64,000 bases of DNA from Phoronis australis (taxonomy: Eukaryota; Animalia; Phoronida). The DNA lies in NCBI GenBank assembly GCA_002633005.1, contig NMRA01000029.1, forward strand, positions 1,593,796 through 1,657,795, in the 5' to 3' direction. Positions 42,101-54,100 of this stretch are shown here, piece after piece; position 1 is the stretch's first letter, and every line of letters starts with the position of its first letter. A program made the translations under genes and the position numbers. The notes under the pieces were generated by a model. It saw nothing but the letters and a program-made list of their open reading frames with translations, was not told the DNA's origin and ran no database searches.

Positions 42101-45100
42101 CATCTATGTATGTGTGTATATATGTGCATGTGTATATGTATGAATGTATGTGTGCGTCTATGTATGTATGTATGTGTATATGTGTATATGTATGTATGCA
42201 TGTATATGTGCATCTATGTATGTATGTATGTATGTATGTATATGTGCATCTATGTATGTATGTATGTATATATGTGTATGTGTATATTTATGAGTGTATG
42301 TATGTATATGTGCATCTATGTATGTTTGTATGTATGTATATATGTGTATATGTATGTATGTATATGTGCATCTATGTGTGTATATATGTGGGTGTATATG
42401 TATGAATGTATATGTGCGTCTATGTATGTATGTATGTGTATATGTGTATATGTATGTATGTATATGTGCATGTATGTGTGTATATATGTGGGTGTATATG
42501 TATGAATGTATATGTGCGTCTATGTATGTATGTATGTGTATATGTATGTATGTATATGTGCATCTATGTATGTTTGTATGTATGTATATATGTGTATATG
42601 TATGTATGCATGTATATGTGTGTATATGTATGTGTTTATGTATGTATATGTGCATCTATGTATGTATGTATGTATGTATGTATATATGTGTATATGTATG
42701 TATGTATATATGTGTATATGTACGTATGTATGTATATATATATATATATGTATGTATGTATGTATGCATGTTTGTGCATCTATGTATGTATGTATATATG
42801 TGTATTTGTATGTATGTATGTATGTATGTATGTGTATATATGTGCATCAATGTATGTATGTGTTTATGTATGTATGTATATATATATATATGTATGTATG
42901 TATGTATCTATGTATGTATGTATGTATGTTTATATGTGTATATGTATGTATGTATGTATATGCGCATCTATGTATGTATATATGTAAATATGTGTATGTG
43001 TATATGTATGTATGTATGTATATGCGCATCTATGTATGTATATATGTAAATATGTGTATGTGTATATGTGTGTATGTATGTATATGCGCATCTATGTATG
43101 TATATATGTAAATATGTGTATGTGTATTTGTATGTATGTATGCATGCATGTATGTGTGCATCTATGTATGTATGTATGTATGTATATATGTCTATATGTA
43201 TGTATGTATGTATGGATGGATGTATATGTGCATCTATGTATGTATGTATGTATGTATATATGTCTACATGTATGCATGTATGTATGCATGTATATGTTCA
43301 TCTATGTATGTATGTATGTATGTATGTATATGTGTTTATATGTATGTATGGATGTAAGTATATATGTATATGTGCATCTATGTATGTATGTATGTAGGTA
43401 TGTATATATTAGTGTATGAGGTCGTTGTAACAGAAATGAGATGAGCTTCCGTCATGCCGTTATAACGGCGAAGAAGACCAGGGACTCATTATCTAAAATA
43501 TTATATAGGTCAAAGTTACTTTTTATTCCACAAATTGGATAGGTCAACTGAAACGTGTGTACCAAGAACGATAATTCGAATTAAGTATCATGAGAATGAT
43601 AAAAAGTCAATAAATTATTTCCAGTTCTTCATAAAACGAAAAGTTCTATCTACGGGAAACCATAAAACTCGATCAAGGGCAAGTTTCAGCTCCAACATTA
43701 CGCTGATTTATTGTGATTCTCGAAAATTGCTTCTCTATACAGCACGCTACGATGTTGATTTTGATGATGTTAAAGAACTTACTCCAATATGTCACATGAA
43801 ACCTCATCTAGTGAAACTTTATTGTCCAACAATGAACCTGTTTCGAGACTCTCGCCGGTTATCGTTATTCGGGTTCCGCCTGACTTTGGTCCACGTTTAG
43901 GCGTTACATCGAAGATGATGGGATTCTTCAAGGGTAAACATTATCATTGAGTTCATTGAGAAGATAAGTAGCAGACAACTATATCACAATACTACTGATA
44001 GCTAATCCAGTGTCATTAGATAGTATGCCATCACATAGGAATTATTTTATGGCAATGCAAAACATTTGAATGCGTAAATTTACATGTACTGATACGCCGT
44101 AAAATGTAACAATTTCGTAAAATGCAATTTGAAATTTTCGGAGGTAACAACTTCCTTTATCAACAAAAACAGAAATAAAGTAAAATCAAACACAAAATGA
44201 CAATTGACATATAAGATATGGTGTAATGAAAATGATACATTTTTGCGTAAAAAATTCAATGACATATTTTAAGAAGTTTTTATGTTCAATCCATGAGGTT
44301 CTATTGTATTCAGTTTGTCTATCCAATATTGTTCTCTTTTAAGTCTGTGAGGGGTACTGGGGTGTTGGAGTTTTTCTATTATTTGTACAGAAAGATCTTG
44401 AATATTATGGTTTTTGGAATTNNNNNNNNNNNNNNNNNNNNNNNNNNNNNNNNNNNNNNNNNNNNNNNNNNNNNNNNNNNNNNNNNNNNNNNNNNNNNNN
44501 NNNNNNNNNNNNNNNNNNNNNNNNNNNNNNNNNNNNNNNNNNNNNNNNNNNNNNNNNNNNNNNNNNNNNNNNNNNNNNNNNNNNNNNNNNNNNNNNNNNN
44601 NNNNCTTCTTAAAATATGTCATTGAATCTTTTACGCAAAAATGTATCATTTTCATTACACCATATCTTATATGTCAATTGTCATTTTGTGTTTGATTTTA
44701 CTTTATTTCTGTTTTTGTTGATAAAGGAAGTTGTTACCTCCGAAAATTTCAAATTTCAGTTGATCCATTCTTGTTGTTTTATTTACCGATTTATATTCTT
44801 CATTTCATGAAACAATAGTATCCTTGGGAGGATCTGGATCGCCTTATTTAGTTTCAGATATATTCTCTACGTAAAATGCAACAAGAGTTACATTTTACGT
44901 CATGGTTACGTTTTAAGTTGCTAGGCCTCCCCTAAAATGTGACAAGTCGTTACATTTTATGTACTTGTTACGCTTTATGTCGAATACACTCGCGAGAAAT
45001 GTGCTGTGCTTGCCGAGAGTTAAAAAATAATCAATTTGTGAAGTTGGCGAAGGTCTAAACAAGATTTTTTAACACATCCTTCTCGTTTCCGAAAAGTAAG

Positions 45101-48100
45101 CCTACTGTGCACCCAAAATATCCTTAAGATTGAATCTAGGGACACCTTTGAAATCATTTTGAAGTAGCACTTGTTGTCCACTAACGGAAACCCGGTGAAA
45201 GCATTGAACCATAAATGAGATGTTTGAGGACCAGGATGTATTAGCACTTTGCTAAGCACGTATTGTGTACATGTACGTGTACATGTACATTGCACTGTGT
45301 CCTCCTAAATAAATTCAATAACAATAGCAATAATAGAATGATAATAATAATACTAATAATAGTCGTAATAGTAGTAATAGTAATAGTAATAGCAATAGTA
45401 ATAGTAACGATAATGGTTTGCCAAATTCATGCCGTGTCATCCCGGAGGGTGTTTCTAAAGAATAGGTATACGAAAAGTGCAACCTAAAAGAGTGTTTTTT
45501 GCATCAAAAATACTTTCCAAAATAGCACCATTTTCGACGAAATACTATCTAAAATGGTACCTTTTTGAATTGTGTGCGAAAAGTGAATTTTTACACAAAG
45601 TTACTCTATAAATGGGTCACGTTTTGCCCGAGCCCACAATCTATATGGGTAGGTATACCAATTTTTGCACAGCACCCCTCGTTCCAAAATACTCCAATAC
45701 CCCTGGCAGTGTCAGATGTCACTTGTTTGTGATTTTGGTCATTTGCTTCGTGGTATGACGTTGGTTTCGTAAAATGTAACAATGCTACATTTCTCGCATG
45801 CGCATTTGACGTAAATTGTAACAGTTACGTGAAATGTAACAGCATGCTATATTTTAGAAGAGGTCCAGCTACGTAAAATGTAACAGCTGTTACATTTACG
45901 GCATATCAATGCACACAATTCCTGGGATAGAAATATCATGATGTTTCTTTTTTATGTTTTTATATTATGGCTCTCACCTGGATGGAAACTCTTCGTCTCA
46001 CCCTTATAAGCGTTGGAATGCCTTTGGAAACAATCACCATACCCGAACTCAACTTTGTATTGTCAGTGTATCTTAATTGGACAGTACAAGTAATTAACAG
46101 AAAATAAAACGTCACAATTATACTTAAGAACAAAGGCATTCTTTTAATGTGTTTCAATTGATTAACTTAGTGTTTGGTTCACAAATGATGACCAATTTAC
46201 AAAGTGTGTATTATAACAACCGAAGAATGCAAGATGCTTGCAGACGACACTGGATCCATGTGCATTCCAACAACAAAATATATATACTCGGGAACCCAAT
46301 GGTCGTCCGCCTAAGCATAAAACCGGCTTGTTGCCGTACTCACCCTATTATTCCACTTCAAAGTTATGCTCTGCATAGAACTTGATTTGACTCTCACAAA
46401 TCCATAGTATTAGTTGATTCAAAAGTTTTCTTTTATTTATGCTGAGTTGTTTGAACTGTGCATTGCTTTTCGGCAGCCATTTTATAATGACTCCCATGGT
46501 CGTCATATACTGCCGCCTTTTGAAAGAAAAGAAAACCACACAGAAAAAGGCCAAGAAAATAGTGGAAAGTGGTTTACAGCAATTCTACTTCAACCACAAA
46601 CTGTTTTACTAGTATGATATCAATTTTTAAATTGATTAAAATTGATTTAGAATTTCAGTTCTGGAAAAATAAATCGCAATTGTTTTATTCCAGATAGACC
46701 TTACTTATTTTGTATTTGTGAGCTCTTTATTTGACTTTTTTGCTCTTGTTGTTCTTAATAGTACCACTTATCTATGCTGTCTTTCTTTTTCTTTTCAGTT
46801 TCTCTTCATTCTCTGTTAACGCCTTGTCAGCCAAAACACAAAATGTAACCCTTTGAGACTTTGTCGGCGCAAGTTGATCATTGAACCTGTTGTTCTAATT
46901 GTTCTAATAAATTACCCAATATGGTATTGTTTGATTATTTTTTCTCACCTTTAACAGGCTTCTGAAATCATAAATAAATAAATAAATACCCAAGTTGCAT
47001 TTGCATTTTATTGCTCAATCTCTTCTTTATTTTTGATTATGTCATGCTGTGTTGTATGCAGTAACAATGCAATATAGTGAAATAAAGTCAATGTTTTACT
47101 TTTTTGGTGGCTATTCTCTATCAGTTCAAGTATTTTAATTTTCTTCAAATAAATTCAAAATGCTTTAACCAAAATTTTTCACATAAATGTTGAGCTCAGT
47201 ACTTTGTTTTGCAATAAAAAAACAAGTGGACAATATTTTGATGACCAAGGCATGGGCCGAAACTGTTAAGCACCCAGCGTGTTCCATTTGTCTGCTGTGT
47301 TTTTCCTTTGGCCTAACAGGTGTCGGTCAGTGCCTGGGACAAACAGATACATTGCATAAACAATCCCTGAGTTGTTTTTTGTTCCGTCTGAAGAAAATTT
47401 AATTTCGAAAATATCTTCTGAAAATGAACAAAAAAGTGCATTAGTAAAATCTACAAGTTTTTAAGTGATCTCAAAAAAGCAGTCGGTAAATGCATTAATT
47501 TTAGTCTCGGTTCTTCCATGCGTGTTTCTACCGAGAAGTTAGTACCTAACGTGCAGACGAGCACTCCAAATTGGAACGCTAAGTCCCGCGTGGCTGCGCT
47601 GCACGCGAAAGAAGATGGCGGACGACCTTTGGAGCCTGACGACGATAGGTATCCGGACTATATAACGGGTAAATCGCAAAAAACTAATGCTCACTGATCT
47701 ATGCTTCGGCGAATATGACTAAACAACGCATCGAAAACTTCAACACGTCATGTAGAAGATGACTAAAACTTTGAACTGATTGCACAACTGGTACAAACTA
47801 TTAAAAACATTGTGTTTGAGGAGGTGGTCCTTCGTGTCAAATATATAATTGTCAGATAGTCAATTAACGATCTTTTTATATATACGCTTCACTTACGCAT
47901 CCAGTCATGCTTCTTAGTGTTCACATAAGAATGGACCGTTTGTGTGACCTGGTTAACAACAGTTTGTGCCATCCGACAACTTATGCTAACGAGTTCACTG
48001 CACTAAAAAGTTTAGATGGATATAGTGAAAAGCAATTTTTCCTCGCACATCGTTTCATTCTACATGCTTTGTTTTGTGGCGTAGACTGAGGAATAATTTT

Positions 48101-51100
48101 CGTTTTCTAAGTTTGTTTGTCCATATCCCACCGCCATGTTACCTTGTATTCAAAACTAGAGCTGAACGTTCCAGTAACACCATCCACTTCAACCTTTATT
48201 TCACCAGCACCAGCTTTTGCACGTTGCCCAGATTGGCATACGATCTTTCTGGAAACTACGTAGCCTTCATCTATGCTTTCGCACGTAACCCCAGCCAGAC
48301 TTACTGCACGCTTTACACTTTCTGAACTGTATCCTAGGTTTTGACCATTTAGAGTTACAGTGGCGCCTCCTTCCACAGTGGTGTTCAGAGGAACTACCTA
48401 CGGGTAGTCAAAGTACGACCTCTAAGCATAGAAAAAATGTGAAGATTGTCGGAATAAGAAATACAAGCATCTACCTGTGTCATTTTCGACAACAGCAAGC
48501 ATACAATTTGAATGTGCTTAAAGAGGTTTACTTCCTTCCTACACAACCAAAGCTTCTATTGGTGATTTTCGCCATTGACGATATCGCCAAAATTAGGTTG
48601 CTTAACATCAATCGCAGGTGATCTTTCATTTCCTTTAAGTACTATCAAACAAATGCTAGTATTGCAAGACAGCGTTGAGGCTGACTTGTCTGCATTAGTA
48701 AGTCTGTTGCCGATTTTTCATTGTCAGGTCTTACGTGTAAGTAAGAAGGGAATATACCTTTAGATTGGTTTGAAAAAGAGATTATTGTTCAAGCCCGCAT
48801 TACATCACAAAATCAACTTTTGGGTTAGACCACTTACCGCGATGAATTTGGTCTCAAAGTGTTCCTTTGTGAACCTTAAGGTAATTTCAAAGCTTCAAAA
48901 ACACCGGCAGTTCGTACACGTAAAGCCTAGTTGCGTACAATCGGCCTCAAAACTGAACACAAACAGTTCAGTATAAACTGGTAACCAACAACTGAGAGCA
49001 ACTGATTGAATCTGATCAGTTTGAGAGTCTGGCCGATGTGCTCTTCTTACCACAGCGTACAGCTGATCACTCAGTTGCTGTTGCACATGTTCTACTTTTT
49101 CAACGACCATTTGATGGTCATGTGACCTAATTTTACTCTAAAACATAACAAAATGGCGAGCGGTTGGACTGATTCTGCAGACGATGCTCTCGTTGAAATG
49201 TGGCGCGAGAGACCGTGTCTTTTCGACACAAACATCAAAGGCTACTCCAACAGGGACACAAGAAAAGTGACCATGTTCAGCTGACTAAAAGGCAAAAATC
49301 GCATTGGGCGTTTTACTCTCATAAAATCCGGGGATCTCGTAATATTCCTTGCCATGACTGATGACATAAAAACGTTTCACAGTTTATTACAAGGGTCTCG
49401 TAGCTTACTCTTTAATGGTTACAACTCAGTCACTGCCAGTCGTGTTCGATGAGTGCGCAAATGTGACTTGGGGGGTAACCAACCTCCCGTTCAGTAACGT
49501 CGCTAAGACCTCACTGAAAACCAAGACTTCGCGAGATTACGCGAGATTTTGCCGTGTGTTTCAAATGAGAACACGTGACTTTGGCTAGATTTTAGCTATG
49601 TCCTATCGTAAGTCCTAGCGTTACTGAACGTGCGATAGGACTGCCTAGCTTCTCGCAATCGCTAAATTTCCGTTGTACCCGTGGTTAGAAACTGACATGT
49701 GCGGAGTCTGCCAGTTGCCTTGTCGATGTATGCTTAGCTTAAGCGCTTGAGCTCTCGTTAGTTGGCTATAAATTGACGTATGCACCGAGATCATGGCAAC
49801 TGGGAATAACGAGATATCGGGTCTTTGCAAACACAGAAAACACATCTTTTCAGTAGTAACAAATTGAGAACAATTTTATTGCGCCATTTAGTATTCAAGA
49901 GCAACAGTTGTTTTTTAACAACGGATTTACAAGTGTTTTAAATATTGTCCTAGCAATAAATCCTTACGGAAAAATGGTGACTGAGGATGCTCCTGCTTGA
50001 AAGTGGTGACGAAGAAATGTGCATCACATCTATGTATTATCATACATGAATACACTAGACTTCTATGATGTACATGTATACAAGCAGGCTTGCGGTTTAA
50101 GACAACACGCGTTCTTGTTAAGACACACAATGTAATAACTGACCGATAAGCTCATTGCGCTAATGCGAGAACACGTGCATACATAAACATAGAAGGGCCC
50201 TCTATTCCTCAAGTTTGTGGTCGAATATCCGCTCCTCTATCCTGTGAAGCATATTTTGAAAAAATTCAAACGAAATTCCCTTCACCGACCCTAATTAAAA
50301 TTTGACTTCAGTGATTAAAAATTCTACTCATGGCTGAAATCTGTTCTGCAAAAGGTCAGACTTGGCTAATTCAGGCAGACAAAGACTATCACCGGAGGCT
50401 GGAATAGTGGTGAGAGAGGGCTCTGACAAAACTTTCATTACTTCATGGAATAAATGTATATTGCGAGAACGTGTTAATCTGTTCTCTCGCACTGACCATT
50501 CATTAGCTTTTACACAGTGTGCCAACACAGGAGTGCCTGTTGCTCCGGAATCTGGGGAAGATAAAATCAGCAGAAGTCATTGTTGCCGTCACTTTTAGGC
50601 TATTTGTATTCTGGCAACTTACATAAACGTTTTTCATGTATGCACATCAATAGCTATTAAACGCTAAACGTTATTTCATGATATTGTAGCCATTATCTCA
50701 CCGTGTTGATAATGATGTGTTGGCAAGGATTTCTATCACCCGATGGTGTATAAACACAATTGCCATTCCACGCGCACAGATACGACTCCGTTACGTTGTG
50801 ACATAACCCACATTCTTGTCCTAGTAGGGGGCATTTGTACATTTCAGCTGCAAAACAGACAGGTGTTATGACGTTACGATATTTAGTTGTGAAGTGTATG
50901 GCATAATTGTGAAATACACATAAATGTCACGTTATATATTATTATTCTTATTATTATCACTATTACTATTATTACTATCATTGTTACCATTACCATTACT
51001 ATAGTTATTGTAATACTATCATTAGTGTTATTAGTGTTATTCTTATTGTTGTTGCTTTAGTTTGACATTTTACTTTTATTTGATTGACTTTAAAACGTCA

Positions 51101-54100
51101 AAATGTTAGTATACTGTACAAGGCCAGGACAGCATGGCGCCTTTTCAGTAATGTGTAGCATAGTTTCCTGTAACGTGTGGCGTTAGAAAAATCCAACGAA
51201 AGTGTCATGTGACTTCTTCGGTGAATACTGACTCAGAAACGATTGGACCCAGAGGCTTTGTAAGATAACCAATTTTCTTAGATACCACAGTTGCTGCATA
51301 TTTGTCTTATCTTCTGAATCATATTTTCTTATTTCAAGAGCCCTTCTTTTGGAGAAAAGACCTGACGATAGAATCACTCTCCTGTTATTTTATAATTATT
51401 GTTAATCCTGTCATACTAAGGTCCAAATTTGAATGCATGCTAACACATGCAAGATCATTTGTATATGATTTGAAATACTCACCAGAAACTTTATTGTCAA
51501 TTTCAAAGAGTCCATTCCATACAAGGGATATTTCAACTTGTTTTCGCTCCAGACTTTGGGGATAGGAGTACTGAAACAAAAATCAGAAAATGTCCTTGTA
51601 ATTTGAAGGCCCTCTTTTTGAAAATTACTAAAACAAAATCTCAGTCGTTTTATGTAAAGCCAAAAGGCATTGTCGGTTCCAGTTGTCAGTGGGAGCGATG
51701 CGTATTTTTATTCAGCTCAAATCAGTTTCAACCAATTGCAGTACTCAAGCCATTCGATTTCTTTTAGTAACAGCGTCGACCGGTAGGAGCACTAGCACGT
51801 GCACAGCAAAGCGCATCATTTCCAGACATTCATGCCCCACTAGACACGCAACGGCGTTCAACACCTTACTTGCGTGTCTTTTGGAGGTTTTTCGGAGGTT
51901 TTTCAAAAAGAGCTCGAGAACCTAGCTGGAATTCATACGGGTGGGTGCTTTTTTGTTTAAGTAATCAGGCGCAGGCTTCAAAATCAGTCGAGATACAGGC
52001 TAGGACAACGAACGTATAAACTGTTTGACTTCATGAACGGTCATAAAAAGAAAACTGGACTCGTTTGATACTAATGTACATTGGGGACCTATAAATGCGT
52101 GGTATCTCAAGTCCTGAAAAGGTGCATCATTTTACAACACTGAGTGACAATAGTTGCCCCAAGTGTTTGTGCAGGCTATCGCAAAAAGAACCCATACTAT
52201 AAATAGAATTTTAAGATTTGGCCAGTACATGGACAACTTTTCGACACGAGTCAGTTTGCTTTGAGTTAGTTGTTCCTTCCAAAACAACGAGAGTTATTAA
52301 TTTTTCATAAAAATGCGGCTTTGGCTTTGTGGATCTCTCCATTTTTTAGTCTTTTGTTAGCACCAAGTTCTGAATCACGAAAATCATGAACTCATCCATG
52401 TCTAGTCACGTCTTGTTTTAAATTACCTGTGTATTTTCAAGGCACTCGGCAATGTCACCCGTAATTCTGGCGCTTGTTGTGAATATGAGGTCATCCACTT
52501 TTACCTTGCACTCATAGACAGTTTGGCTGTCCTACAAAAATTCCATAATGCGTACATATTAGCTCCTTAACACACAGTTTACTGGGAAACTGTGACATTC
52601 CGATGTCAAGTTTGCCATTGACACCTACAAAAGTAAAGCCGCTGTGAATCCTCATTTTGTAAAAAGCTAACTTTTAATTTATATAATTGGGTTCAAATTG
52701 TTGAAATGTTTGCTTTCTGAGCTTACAAAGAACTGAGTCTTTGCTACTGCTTGAGATCAGGCAGTCGAAAGTCACTAATGCGGCAAGACATTTTCGCTTG
52801 ACATCTTTAATATTTTCGGTGCATGGTTCGCTGCCAAAATTGTATTGGGGTTGAGCAGGCCAGACATAGGTCGGACCGATTGTACACAACACCTGATCGG
52901 AAACCCATGAGATATATCTCTTACGTATATAACTGCAGTCATTTAACTTTTCCTGAGAAAGGTTGCAGACGTCGTAGCCGCGTAGGCTATATTCTTCTGC
53001 CACTGATGATTAGCATTTGAACCAAGTTCCTGTCCGCAGACCGTCAGCGTCCCCCAGAGCAAGGTTACACCGCACACGTTGCTTCGTCAAACCGTGTGTA
53101 AGACCTCAAATGGCCAGACGTAGGCTCGTAACTGGATAAAGCTCATCCTAGTGCATGCTTGCCTATAATCTATGTTGACACTTAGCATTTGGTCCAAGAT
53201 GCTGTCTTCACATAAAAGGTCCAGAACGATCACCGTTTGAGCTTGTTTTGTCATCTCGATTCACTTAATTCTATTGAATAACTCAAATTTTTTCCTTACT
53301 CACCAATCACTTCATAACCGCAATTTCGCTGGTGTAGGCGACTGCGATCACGACCGTATCTGAGGAACGTTCGATTTCACTTGCGTGATTTCATGTAATA
53401 TTGCGATTCTTGCATCTATATGTATGCAACAAACGAAATACCCAGCAAGTTAGTTGTTCCCGTTTCTGGTCATTTTATATTGGACTTGCAGTTCCAAAAT
53501 TTCTTTTACCGAACTGAGTAGGTTTAAATTAGTTGGCCAAGGGTAAATGAATTAACTCAAAATTTAATTGTTTACGCAGAAGGCAGGTGGGCATACACAT
53601 CAATTTTAAATGGCTTCAAATACAGTCAGAATAAACATTGATTAAGTAATTAGTAAGAATAGATCCATTTTAAGTAGCCCAAAATTTGTGCATATGTACT
53701 TTTAAATCATGGGGTCAGACTTGTTGACATGTACTTTAACGTCAAAATCTATTTTTAAGTGGTGTTTGCAACTTCGGGCTCTGGGTTCAAAGTACTGTAG
53801 AGATTCTAGAAAATTCTGAGAACAAACTGTAACAGCCAATGATATGATTGGATATGATCATGTGGTTTTTATTAACTAATCACTAAATAAGTAGAATATT
53901 ATAATATGAGCTTTAAAGTCAACAAGATATTCAGATGCGCTATAGTGGATGAAGCATAAAGACTTGCTACAGTCTACAGAGAAAATTGTACAACAGAGCC
54001 ATCTTGTGGAAGATTCTAGAAAGGATCTTGGCAAGAGCAAGGGTTAGGAGGCACTGGACAGTTCTCACGGTGATTTGCCTATCAAAACACACGTCAATGG

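Noticed and set aside
42002-43419. Many long ORFs rich in M/Y/V/C or H/I/T/Y
   Set aside because: Translation of the (TATG)n array, which rarely yields stop codons; not genes
45978-46071. Exon-like AG...GTGAGA segment in plexin B intron
   Set aside because: 94 nt would shift the frame between phase-0 neighbours; no plexin similarity
47585-47660. CpG-rich patch with AAGATGGCGG (YY1-like) and ATG, possible nested gene start
   Set aside because: Only ~11 codons before a weak donor and no downstream exons recognised; could be a TE fragment
47897-47948. Exon-like cag...GTAAGT segment
   Set aside because: 52 nt, frameshifting, no plexin similarity
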